Shown here: piece by piece, positions 9,024-18,583 of the stretch
Layout of the letters: the number at the start of each line of letters is the position of its first letter
Position numbering within the stretch: the stretch's first letter is position 1
NCBI GenBank assembly: GCA_021513695.1
Contig: CP084166.1
Span: forward strand, 640,001-704,000
Reading direction: 5' to 3'
DNA from: Candidatus Heimdallarchaeum aukensis
GTDB taxonomy: Archaea > Asgardarchaeota > Heimdallarchaeia > Heimdallarchaeales > Heimdallarchaeaceae
DNA: 64,000 bases
Made by a program: the position numbers and the translations under genes
The notes under the pieces: generated by a model
Databases searched by the model: none
The model's input: the letters and a program-made list of their open reading frames with translations, nothing else
Told to the model about the DNA's origin: nothing

Positions 9024-11123
9024 ATGAGTAATACTGACAAAAAAATAGAGATTTTTAATAATCTTTTTTTAAAAATCAAAAAACAGATAATAGATAACCA
9101 GAGCAGTTCTAAACTTAAATTTGATGAAAGAGAAGTATTACTCAACTCATTTATTGTCTCAATAAAAACTCTTCTTATCAAAGAAATGTTTCTTAAGGAA
9201 GAAAAAGTTGAGATAGAAAAAAAAATTAATTTGAATTACTTTTTCATAGAATTAGATAATATCTTTAGAGAAATATTTACCGATGGCTCTTTCCGAAAAG
9301 CTGATTTAGAAATCATTAGAGAAAAATCAATACAACAACTGATTTTACAATACTTAGAAAGCAAAGACTCGATAATTATTGATTTAGCAGGAAAGGATTT
9401 ATTCTCTCAAATATATGAAACTGCCCTCAACAAAAATGAAAAAGATCAACTAGGCTTATTTTATACTCCTGAAATTATCGTTAATTATATCCTAAATTTA
9501 GTAAATTATAAGACTGATTCAGAAATTGTAAACAAAAAGATACTTGATCCAAGCTGTGGTTCAGGAAGTTTTCTAGTCAAATCTGTAAATAGGTTATTAC
9601 AAGCGTTAAAGAAAGAAAATTTAGAAGAAAGTGAAATTCTATACAAGATAAGAAATGCTGTTTTTGGTATAGACATTGATCCTATAGCTGTTTTTCTTTC
9701 TAAAACTAATATCCTATTCCAGATTTTTCCTTTATTTATCACCCTCTACAAAAAAAGAACTTTGACACAATTTCCTCCTTTGCATGTTTATTGTTTTGAT
9801 TCTCTAAACAAAAAAAGTAGAAATAAAGATACAACTTCTTTTAAGATTATTAATAGAGAAAAAGAGTTTACCTCAGGTTTTGATTTTATTGTTGGAAATC
9901 CTCCTTATATTGAATCTAAAAAAATGGATATTGAAACAAAGAAAAAATGTATAGAGAACTTTCCTGAAATTTGTAAAGGAGCTTTTGATATATACATCTG
10001 TTTTATTCAACTTGGTTTAGACTTACTTAGTGTAAATGGAAAGTTAGGTTTTATTATTCCAAACAAATTTCTTTCTGCTAACTATTCTAAAGCACTAAGA
10101 AAGAAGATTATCTATGAATTTGACATTCTACATCTAGTAGACCTTTCTTCTTCAAATATTTTTAAAAATGCAAGTGTTTATCCTATAATTATTTCAATTA
10201 AAAAAAGGAAATCTAAATCCGAAGGCATAAAAAATAACTTTTTGATAAGTAAAGTAGAAGGACAAATTACGAATATTGAGGAAATCAAAGGAATACCAAT
10301 AAATCAATCTTTTTTCAAAAAAACTGTTAATAACTTTATTTTTTCTTTTCCAAATGATTTAGACGAAGCAGAACTTGTAAAACGTTTAATTATGACTAGC
10401 CCTTTTAAACTTGGAGAATTCCTTAAGATTAGCTGGTCAGTTTCTTTCCATAGAAAAGGATTAAGAGAACAATTTGTTTTTACTAAAAATGTTGATGGTA
10501 ACTTTAGAAAAATTTTAGGTGGAAAGAAGTTTGGAGGAAATTCTGAAGTCAAAAGATATTTGATACAATGGGATGGTCATTGGATTGACTACAATAGAGA
10601 AAAAGCAAAAAGACTGAATAATCCCTTTCCTCCATTAAGTTTATTTAACAATGAAAAAATAATCATCTGTCAAAATAGCAAAAGAATTCGAGCTGTTCTA
10701 GACAAAGAAGGTTTCATTTGCAAAGATATTTTCTTTGTAGCTAAAATTACTCCAAAGACGCTAAATACAAGTCTAAATTATGAAGTGATATTATCTGTAA
10801 TTAATAGTAAACTAATGAGCTATTTATACGATAGAATTTTTTCTAGTACTCACGTTTCAGGAAGATATTTACACTATTTACCAACTTATTTACATTCACT
10901 TCCTTTTCCTAAACTGTCTGAAATAGAAAAAAAACAGTTACATGAGCTCACGAAGAAAATAATGAAAAAAGAGATAACAGAAAAGGATTTTATTAAAATA
11001 GATAAAGAAATTGATAAGATAATTTACAATGCATTTGGATTAGAAAATCATGAAATAGAAATAGTAGAAAAATATGTTTCATCGTATATGTCTTTAAAAA
11101 AATTAAAGGATATAAGAAAATAA
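9024..11123 (+). CDS. Gamma-class N6-adenine DNA methyltransferase (Eco57I/TaqI-like, 699 aa, with a large C-terminal target-recognition region). It may be an orphan or type IIG/IIL-like enzyme without a recognisable nuclease domain
   Basis: Motif X/I: LFYTPEIIVNYI ... ILDPSCGSGSFLV. Motif IV: FDFIVGNPPYIESKK. There are about 400 aa after motif IV. Confidence 0.85.
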   Translation: MSNTDKKIEIFNNLFLKIKKQIIDNQSSSKLKFDEREVLLNSFIVSIKTLLIKEMFLKEEKVEIEKKINLNYFFIELDNIFREIFTDGSFRKADLEIIREKSIQQLILQYLESKDSIIIDLAGKDLFSQIYETALNKNEKDQLGLFYTPEIIVNYILNLVNYKTDSEIVNKKILDPSCGSGSFLVKSVNRLLQALKKENLEESEILYKIRNAVFGIDIDPIAVFLSKTNILFQIFPLFITLYKKRTLTQFPPLHVYCFDSLNKKSRNKDTTSFKIINREKEFTSGFDFIVGNPPYIESKKMDIETKKKCIENFPEICKGAFDIYICFIQLGLDLLSVNGKLGFIIPNKFLSANYSKALRKKIIYEFDILHLVDLSSSNIFKNASVYPIIISIKKRKSKSEGIKNNFLISKVEGQITNIEEIKGIPINQSFFKKTVNNFIFSFPNDLDEAELVKRLIMTSPFKLGEFLKISWSVSFHRKGLREQFVFTKNVDGNFRKILGGKKFGGNSEVKRYLIQWDGHWIDYNREKAKRLNNPFPPLSLFNNEKIIICQNSKRIRAVLDKEGFICKDIFFVAKITPKTLNTSLNYEVILSVINSKLMSYLYDRIFSSTHVSGRYLHYLPTYLHSLPFPKLSEIEKKQLHELTKKIMKKEITEKDFIKIDKEIDKIIYNAFGLENHEIEIVEKYVSSYMSLKKLKDIRK

Positions 11124-11321
11124 CAGTTAACTGTTGTATAAGCTAATTTCTGCTTATAATGCAAAAATTCTATCTGATTATTTTTCAATGTCCTATCGTT
11201 ACTTATAATTTAAAAAGGTAAAAAATTAAAGGATTAAATGATTATTTCTCAAAATTAAAAAAAAGAGAAATAAATTATAAAAGAGTATTAACTCATATCT
11301 TTGTTTACTTTCTCTGTAACT

Positions 11322-11817
11322 TTATCTAAAACTCCTACCTATTAGTTTATCTTTATTATATAGCTCTATTTCTTCTTTGACAGTAAGTGGGCTTTCTTGT
11401 GATAAATCTTGTTTATTTATAAGAATTAACAATGGTTTTCTGCTATCCACTATTAAAAACATGTAATCCAAAGAAAAAACGAGAAACTTCAAACGCATCA
11501 CTTTCAGATGAAGGTTTTATTGTTCCATCAATAACATAAATAACTGCATCGGCTTGAGTTACTCCTAAAGCCAACAGACTTTCCCGATAAAGTTCTTGTC
11601 CTCCTACATCGATAGCTGATAACTCCCAATCAGCAATTTTTATAGGTTGTTACCTAATATCTATCCCAAGAGTAGTACGTGGATCATCTAACACTGATTT
11701 TCCCGTCTCTAACTATCTAACAAGAGTAGTTTTTCCCGCACCAAAAGCTCATAATAATACAATATTTGCTTCTTTAGAAATATTTTTCTTTAAAAAAATG
11801 CTTCCTAACCAACTCAT
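11322..11817 (-). pseudogene. Small Ras-superfamily GTPase (Arf/Rab/Rag-like) disrupted by four in-frame stops and one frameshift
   Basis: Minus-strand conceptual translation: MSWLGSIFLKKNISKEANIVLL*AFGAGKTTLVR*LETGKSV...IDVGGQELYRESLLALGVTQADAVIYVIDG...NSG*, then a frame shift, then PLLILINKQDLSQ. The P-loop, DxxGQ and NKxD motifs are intact. TGA, TAG and TAA stops all occur. No ORF of 60 aa or more is listed in this region. Confidence 0.6.
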
Positions 11818-11939
11818 TAAGCTCAGCTAAAAATTTAATCACTATTTTAAAAACATTCTTTCTTTCCAAATCACTAGTTTATCTGTTGTTTCATTTATTT
11901 CGGAAAAAGTTAAAATCATAAAAATATAAATTGTAATTA

Positions 11940-13670
11940 ATGTCAAAAAACCAAAGTAACTTAGATACTAATCTTAAACAAAAGAAAGAGCTGAATAGCG
12001 AAAAAAAGAAATCTACAAAAAAGAATAGTAAAAACAAAGAAAAATGGTATATTAGATGGTCATTCAACATTTTATCAGTTTTTTTTGCAATTATCTCATT
12101 GATTGGTAGTTTTATTTTACTAATTTACGACATTTTTGTTCCTCGAACATTAAGAGAACTAGTTCCGATTTTGAATATGTTTAGAAAATATATCTTAATT
12201 GCAGCAGAACTTTTTTCGGGTAAAAAAAGCAAAGAAGTAGCAGAAGTTGTTTCAGAGCTAGAAGAGATAAAAATGAAAGAAGAAAAAATAATGAAGAACT
12301 ATCCTATTCGTCGAGGAATAGGAGAGGCTATTAACCTTGGTCTTCATCCCGTAATCATTTTTGCTATTCCAACAGCAATATGGGGAAAAAATCTTCATCA
12401 ATTGTTTGAAAGTTGGGGAATACCTGTTTCATTAGGCATATTATTGTTTGGAACAGGTCTATTATGTATTTCTTGGATAGCTACCATATTTGGGCCTATT
12501 TACGCATTATTTCATGAGTGCAGTATCTTTATGCTCAAAAGAGGGTCTTATCGTTGGGCAGAATTTTTTCAAGATTTAGAGAACCTTTTTGCTTTACCTT
12601 ATTACACTGCGAGGTCTAGTTTCAGCATTCTTGATGCTCCACCTATCTCTGCTGAAACTCTTGAAGAATTCAAGCTTGATATAATGGATGACATCGGACA
12701 AATAAAAAATAGAATTGCAGATATTCTTTCTCTTGATGCCACTCAAGTTCCAGAAAGATCAAAACAAATGTTACAAGAATTGCTAATCGAAACTCAACAA
12801 TCACTAGGTTCTATTAACATATCTGAAATAAAAGAAGTAACAGCAAGACAATTTGCACTCCTTATTTGGAATAAAGAAGGATCAATGTTCCCATGGAGGA
12901 GAAATGAAGCTCTAGAAGAATTTGCGAAGAAAAACAACATGTCTGTAAAGGAAGCAAAAAAAACTATTCAACTCATTGCAAAGAAAGCAGTTGAAGGATT
13001 TACTTCTAAAGACTTGTATTTTAGTATAATGATAACTGGAGCTTTAAAAGGAATTGCTGAACTAGAAGAAAAATATAAACAATTCATGAGTGATATAGAA
13101 TATACTTCTACTGCACTTTCACTTTCTTTAGGGGCACAACAATACATCATAGATACTTTTACAGAAAAACCATTCTACAAGAAATTACTTAAGGTTCTTG
13201 TAGATAGTTTTATAGCACTATTCTTACCTTATATAATGTTACTTGTTGTTATTTTCAAATACTTTAAACATGTAGTAGGCCAAACGATAAGAAATATTGT
13301 TAGCATTAAAGACTTAAAAAAGAAGAAAATATTTAGGAACAAGATAAAAGAAATTAAAGAAACACTTTACAGTTCTTATCATTCAATAGGAGATTCAAAA
13401 TTTAGCCTAAAAGAGACCTTTGACATAGATTTTGGAGAATTTTTCAAAAAACTCGGTAAATTTTTCGTAAAAGTTCTACTTTTAGTTCCTCTCCTATTTT
13501 GGAGTCTAATAAAGGCTATCTACATAAGAATACAAAAGTTGTTGAGAAGAAGAACGGAAGAGGAAAAGAACAAGAGAAAGTTTGAGAAAGAATTAGCAAC
13601 AAAAACTTTAGTAGCAATGTACGAAGAACTCTATGAAAAAATTGTTTTAAGCAACTTGTACTATACATAG
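11940..13670 (+). CDS. Hypothetical membrane protein (K-rich N-terminus, several transmembrane helices, charged C-terminal tail)
   Basis: A 576-aa ORF with multiple hydrophobic helices (ILSVFFAIISLIGSFILLIY, VIIFAIPTAIWG, and others). No recognisable catalytic motif. Confidence 0.6.
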   Translation: MSKNQSNLDTNLKQKKELNSEKKKSTKKNSKNKEKWYIRWSFNILSVFFAIISLIGSFILLIYDIFVPRTLRELVPILNMFRKYILIAAELFSGKKSKEVAEVVSELEEIKMKEEKIMKNYPIRRGIGEAINLGLHPVIIFAIPTAIWGKNLHQLFESWGIPVSLGILLFGTGLLCISWIATIFGPIYALFHECSIFMLKRGSYRWAEFFQDLENLFALPYYTARSSFSILDAPPISAETLEEFKLDIMDDIGQIKNRIADILSLDATQVPERSKQMLQELLIETQQSLGSINISEIKEVTARQFALLIWNKEGSMFPWRRNEALEEFAKKNNMSVKEAKKTIQLIAKKAVEGFTSKDLYFSIMITGALKGIAELEEKYKQFMSDIEYTSTALSLSLGAQQYIIDTFTEKPFYKKLLKVLVDSFIALFLPYIMLLVVIFKYFKHVVGQTIRNIVSIKDLKKKKIFRNKIKEIKETLYSSYHSIGDSKFSLKETFDIDFGEFFKKLGKFFVKVLLLVPLLFWSLIKAIYIRIQKLLRRRTEEEKNKRKFEKELATKTLVAMYEELYEKIVLSNLYYT

Positions 13671-13676
13671 GATTTA

Positions 13677-14645
13677 CTAATCTGGAAGAAAGTCAGGGTG
13701 ATAAACAAGTTTATCCAGATCTCTAGGTGGAGCGTGAGCTAAAAATCCATCTTGATAAGCCAGAGGGTAAAAAGTTCGTACTCTAGAATAAAGTGTAGGA
13801 TAATCAATTATCATTACAATTTTGTTCTCTTGTGTAAGTAATTTTAGCAATGAAGTAACTTCTTCAATCACATTTTTAGGTCGTTTGATATTATTTAGAA
13901 AATAGACATCTTCTCTACCTATCCCATCTATTGCTTGCCTGTATTCATCGCTTTCAAGCAGAACTTCACCATTTTGAGGAATAACTAAAAAGCTTGGTTT
14001 CTTTGATTTTGCGTATTTACTGATTGAAATAACAAAATCAATCATTTCTTCTTTAGCTGTTGGTCTTTCATCTTCATAATACTCAAAAGCGTCTATAATG
14101 TCTAAATAACAACCGTCAAAACCTGCTGCAATAATTCTATCTAAATAACTTTCATTTGTTCCAAAAATAATCCTCTGCCATTCAGGATTCCAATATTTAA
14201 CTTTATAATTGCCCTCCCAATCAGGATTCTCAACATCTAGCCATTCAGGAGCATTATCATCAGGTATTCCATCATTATCTACATCCCAGCTATTATCCCA
14301 ATAAAAACGGTATGTTTCAGCTTCTCCTATACTCATATAACTGAGAAGTATTTTCTTTTCATTTCCTTCTCTCATGTATGAAACTTGACTATTATTATAT
14401 TCTAGTTCTTCACTTCCGTCTGCAGAGTAATCAATGATAATAAGGTCGTACTTGGAATTTGAAATTTCTTCAATGTCAATATTTTGAAGCTGATAGGCAA
14501 AATCATTAACAATAAATCCATTAACATTAAATTGTGGGGGGTTTTGAGTTTCCATATTGGGAAAATAGAAGAAATAAAAGTACAAACTTGTAATTATTAA
14601 AGAAAAAACAATTAAAAATATTAAAAATATGAAACGTTTTTTCAC
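13677..14645 (-). CDS. Membrane-anchored putative extracellular polysaccharide hydrolase (GH114/TM1410-like family)
   Basis: N-terminal transmembrane anchor. Motif GFDGCYLDIIDAFEYY, typical of the TM1410/COG2342 endo-alpha-1,4-polygalactosaminidase-like family. Confidence 0.55.
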   Translation of the reverse strand: MKKRFIFLIFLIVFSLIITSLYFYFFYFPNMETQNPPQFNVNGFIVNDFAYQLQNIDIEEISNSKYDLIIIDYSADGSEELEYNNSQVSYMREGNEKKILLSYMSIGEAETYRFYWDNSWDVDNDGIPDDNAPEWLDVENPDWEGNYKVKYWNPEWQRIIFGTNESYLDRIIAAGFDGCYLDIIDAFEYYEDERPTAKEEMIDFVISISKYAKSKKPSFLVIPQNGEVLLESDEYRQAIDGIGREDVYFLNNIKRPKNVIEEVTSLLKLLTQENKIVMIIDYPTLYSRVRTFYPLAYQDGFLAHAPPRDLDKLVYHPDFLPD

Positions 14646-14720
14646 ATGTGTGATATAGCTATTATCCTTTATTAGTTTTGAGAATGATTTTTATAGATTA
14701 ATTAATCCTCCAGTTAAAAG

Positions 14721-16052
14721 CTACTCCTCCGTCCTCAGATTCTCAACTTCTTCTGTCTCATAATTTCCTTCTTTTATAAATAGAAGAAAGAATGTACCTA
14801 TAAAATAGATAGATCCTGTAATGTAAAAAGCTAATTGGAAATTGAAGGGTTTATCGTATTTGTTTAGAATAACTCCTCCAATAGGTTGACTAATACTGTT
14901 AAAGGCTGTAAAAGCTAAAGCGTCAATAGCACTAAAAGTTGCTCTTTGACTAGAAGGTAAGAGATCCATTACTATAGCATTAATTAAAGGCCACCCAGCA
15001 TTCATAAAAGCCTGTCTAAGAATGTAGATAACAAGTACAACAGAGAAGGGAGGAATAAAAGCAAATCCAAAAATAAGAACTACAGCAATAAACTCTAAAA
15101 AGAAAACTGCTTTAGCACGACCAAATTTCTTAGCAAATCTTAAAGCAATGGCTGAAAGAATAGCAGTTATTAATGGAGCTAAAGAGAATATAAGTGTAAG
15201 TTCAGAAATTGTTCGACCATAAATTGCTTCAAAAAAGCGTGGAAGAAAAGGAATAGATATACCAGCTCCAAAAGCAATTAGAAAATCTGCTAGTACGATT
15301 ATTAAAGGAGTTCTATAGAATGATAATTTTTCTCTAAAGGTTTTACAGTTTTTATATTTAGATAAAATTAAAGCGTCTTTTTTCTTTTCTTCCAATATCT
15401 CTTTAGTCTCAATTTGACCTTTAGAGTGAATAGACCTTTTATCGTGAATAAAGAAACCTAAAAATGCTGCAAAGATTATTACTGAAGCATAGATTTTAAT
15501 CACAGGAAGAATAACTTCTTCAGAATAAAGATCACCTAAATACCTGTAGATAAAGAAACCTACAACACCACCAATAGCTGTACATAACTGTTGAATAATA
15601 GACATAATCGTAAAAATCTTTGTTCGTGTACCTTTAGTTGTACAATCAGCAACTAAAGCTGACCCTGCAGGCATCATTAAAGAATTAGCTAAAGCAAAAA
15701 GGAATTGAATTACATATAGATAGGTCAAAGAATTAGCAAAAAAGTAGATTATCATCCCAGCTATGAAAAGAAAATTTGAAATCCAGATGAAGGCATCTCT
15801 TCTCCATCTATCAGAAAGAATACCAGAGACAATTAATCCTATAATTCCTACTAAACTAGTTGTTCCAAAAATCAATCCTACATCTATGTCTGTACCTCCC
15901 CATACATACACTAAAAAGAGCGTAGCTATATAGAAAGGAGTTTGAACTAATGAATAAATTGCAAATGCTCCAAAATATAGTTTCAAATTCAGGTTTAAGT
16001 TCTTTAATAATGAGATTTGTGCTCTGATATTCGCCCCTATCATAGTCTCCAA
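14721..16052 (-). CDS. MFS transporter
   Basis: Twelve predicted transmembrane helices in a 6+6 arrangement with a central loop. Typical MFS hydrophobicity pattern. Confidence 0.8.
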   Translation of the reverse strand: METMIGANIRAQISLLKNLNLNLKLYFGAFAIYSLVQTPFYIATLFLVYVWGGTDIDVGLIFGTTSLVGIIGLIVSGILSDRWRRDAFIWISNFLFIAGMIIYFFANSLTYLYVIQFLFALANSLMMPAGSALVADCTTKGTRTKIFTIMSIIQQLCTAIGGVVGFFIYRYLGDLYSEEVILPVIKIYASVIIFAAFLGFFIHDKRSIHSKGQIETKEILEEKKKDALILSKYKNCKTFREKLSFYRTPLIIVLADFLIAFGAGISIPFLPRFFEAIYGRTISELTLIFSLAPLITAILSAIALRFAKKFGRAKAVFFLEFIAVVLIFGFAFIPPFSVVLVIYILRQAFMNAGWPLINAIVMDLLPSSQRATFSAIDALAFTAFNSISQPIGGVILNKYDKPFNFQLAFYITGSIYFIGTFFLLFIKEGNYETEEVENLRTEE

Positions 16053-16170
16053 CTCTTCGTTTATATAAATTTTTTAATGAATATAAAAACGTGTGTTAAT
16101 ACGAATAGTTTGACTATTAAACCAATCAATTAAAGCTAACAATTAAAAATATACAAATTTCAAAAAAATT

Positions 16171-16329
16171 CTACCTCTCTAACCAAATTTCTAAAGCTTC
16201 ACGTATCGTATCAAGAGCATCCTCAATATTTTCTGCGACTAGATCTCTTCTTTCTAAAAATGGACTGCTAATAAATAGAATATTATCTTCATCTTTTGAT
16301 ATCAGAATTGGTAATTCTTTTAATTGCAT
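16171..16329 (-). CDS. Small HicB/UPF0150-family (antitoxin-like) protein of 52 aa that is absent from the ORF track
   Basis: Manual translation: MQLKELPILISKDEDNILFISSPFLERRDLVAENIEDALDTIREALEIWLER. This matches the UPF0150/HicB N-terminal pattern (..EKDEDG.Y.a.fP.L.gc.t.G.TlEEAl.n.kEAlel.LE). No HicA partner is seen nearby. Confidence 0.5.
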   Translation of the reverse strand: MQLKELPILISKDEDNILFISSPFLERRDLVAENIEDALDTIREALEIWLER

Positions 16330-16436
16330 AACATTTGTATTGTATGAAGATATTTAAACCTAAAACCAGTTACTCTTTTTCGGATAACCAAACTTAAATA
16401 TTGTTACCGTTTTTGCTGAATTGACGAGGAATTAAA

Positions 16437-17525
16437 ATGGATTCAAGAAAAGGAGATAAAATTTATGGACCTATAATTGTTTCTGCAGCAAATGCAGCAA
16501 GATCTTTTGATGCACCAGTAAGATATCCTCTATTGTTCAACTCTCCAGACGTCTTTGTAAAACCAATGGCTATGCCCAGAGCTTCTTCTTTCATTACTTT
16601 AATTGAGCATTTTCTAGGATTGTTAATTTTATTACCAATTCTTCTAATAAAAAGAGGAACAAAGCAAGTTTTTGGTGTTTTCAAGGAGTTTGATAGAAGA
16701 GACTGGATTTCTTTAATTTTCATTTCTGCTGGTGGTTCAGCTTTAGGGTTATTTTTCTTCCTAATTTCATTGGGATTAGGAAACCCTACAGTAGCGATAT
16801 TAATTCAAAAATCTCAACCACTCATAACACTGATTTTTGCAATTTTTATATTAAAAGAGAAACCAAGTCTACGTTTCTACGTTGTTCTTCTATTAGCAAT
16901 AACTGGTATTGGTCTGATAGCTTGGCCAGATATTTCAAAAAGTGTTCAAACTCTAGAGTTTACAGGACTAATTGCCATTCTTTGCTCACTTTTAGCAGCT
17001 GTTTTTTGGGGTGGTAGCACAGTTTTTGGAAGAATATTAACAAAAAAAGTTGATTATTGGAATTTAACCCTATTTAGGTATATTGGAGGATTTTTCTTTT
17101 TATTGGTCTTCAATATTTTTACTTTCACCTATAACTCAACCTATTTTGGGCTGCTTACACAAAAAATAAATGTTTTTGGACATTATGTGGATGGGTCATT
17201 TGTTCCTTTAGATTGGCAGTGGATAGGAATCCTTTGTATTCTCTACGCAGCTATACTTACTGGAGGAGTGCTTCCTTTAGCTCTCTATTATTTTGGTCTC
17301 ACAAGGTCCAAAGCTTCAGTAGCAGGGCTGGCAGAACTAGCTTTCCCTATTCTATCGATATTTATTAATTATTATTTCTTGGGATTTGGGTTAGAACCAA
17401 TACAAATTGTAGGAGCAATAATATTATTAGCAAGCGTTTCAACACTATCTTACATTAATGCTAAAGAGTTTGAACGAGATCAACAAATTCTTTTAGAAAA
17501 AGATAGAATGAAAGAAAAAAATTAA
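16437..17525 (+). CDS. EamA/DMT-superfamily transporter (10 transmembrane helices)
   Basis: Two internally repeated five-helix halves, typical of EamA domains. Confidence 0.75.
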   Translation: MDSRKGDKIYGPIIVSAANAARSFDAPVRYPLLFNSPDVFVKPMAMPRASSFITLIEHFLGLLILLPILLIKRGTKQVFGVFKEFDRRDWISLIFISAGGSALGLFFFLISLGLGNPTVAILIQKSQPLITLIFAIFILKEKPSLRFYVVLLLAITGIGLIAWPDISKSVQTLEFTGLIAILCSLLAAVFWGGSTVFGRILTKKVDYWNLTLFRYIGGFFFLLVFNIFTFTYNSTYFGLLTQKINVFGHYVDGSFVPLDWQWIGILCILYAAILTGGVLPLALYYFGLTRSKASVAGLAELAFPILSIFINYYFLGFGLEPIQIVGAIILLASVSTLSYINAKEFERDQQILLEKDRMKEKN

Positions 17526-17582
17526 ACTATTTCTTCTCTCTTTTTCCCTTAACTTTTTTTAGGAGAACATTATTGGAAAAGT

Positions 17583-18578
17583 ATGGAAATAATTCCGTTG
17601 GCATGTGAATCATTAGGAACTAGATCTTTTTCTCATTTAGTCATAACAGAAGATGTGAAAATATTAATTGACCCTTCAGTTTCTCTTGCACCTAGAAGAT
17701 TTAGACTCAACCCTCACCCTTTAGAGATAGCAGCATCGTGGATTTCGAGAGAAACAATCCTGAAAGCAGTATCTTTGAGTGAAATAATTATACAAACACA
17801 TTATCATGCAGATCATTTTACTCTACCAGAACGCAGAATCTATGAGTTTACTAACAAAAATGTTTTTGAAAAGATTTATTCTAAAGAAAAGACAATTTAT
17901 GCTAAAGATCCAGAAAATAATATTAATTATAATCAAAAAAGAAGAGCAAAATATCTTTGGAAAACAAAAAAGAGAAAATTGTTCGAAGCTGAAGGGATTT
18001 CTTTCCAAATCGGAAATACGAGAATAAAGTTTTCTGAAGCTGTTCCACATAATATTGATGAAAGATTAGGTTTTGTTTTTGAAACAGTAATTGACGATGG
18101 AAAAACAAAGTATCTCTACACTTCAGATGTTAGTGGGCCTGTTTCAGAAAAAGCAACAGAGTTTATATTAAACGAAGAACCAGATATTTTAGTTCTAGAT
18201 GGCCCCACATATTATCATCCTAGGGTTTCTAAAAAAGAAAAAGAGATAGCATTCAAAAACCTAAATATAATAGTAGAATCAATAGAAGAAATTTATATCG
18301 AACATCACTTTTTAAGGAAAAAAAATTGGAAAGAAAAACTAGAAAAAGAAGTTGAAACCAAGCTTCCTGCTTTTAGCCAAATAATCAATTTAGAACCAAT
18401 TATATTAGAAGCTATGAGAAAAGAACTTTTTAAAGAAATAGAAGTTCAAGAAGAATTTTATTCTTTACTTGAACAAGGATTAGTTAATACTGATTTTTAT
18501 CTTAAAATACTAAAAGAGAACAACATAGATACTTATTGGCAAAAAATTAGAAAAAAAATAGAGAAATATTGTTGTTAA
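17583..18578 (+). CDS. Metallo-beta-lactamase-fold hydrolase
   Basis: HxHxDH motif (THYHADHF) after an N-terminal beta-rich region. Confidence 0.7.
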   Translation: MEIIPLACESLGTRSFSHLVITEDVKILIDPSVSLAPRRFRLNPHPLEIAASWISRETILKAVSLSEIIIQTHYHADHFTLPERRIYEFTNKNVFEKIYSKEKTIYAKDPENNINYNQKRRAKYLWKTKKRKLFEAEGISFQIGNTRIKFSEAVPHNIDERLGFVFETVIDDGKTKYLYTSDVSGPVSEKATEFILNEEPDILVLDGPTYYHPRVSKKEKEIAFKNLNIIVESIEEIYIEHHFLRKKNWKEKLEKEVETKLPAFSQIINLEPIILEAMRKELFKEIEVQEEFYSLLEQGLVNTDFYLKILKENNIDTYWQKIRKKIEKYCC

Positions 18579-18583
18579 AAAGG

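Noticed and set aside
11322-11817. Stop-codon recoding (Sec/Pyl or a reassigned stop) in the small GTPase
   Set aside because: All three stop codons occur and there is also a frameshift. The surrounding genes use standard stops. Pseudogenisation is the simpler explanation.
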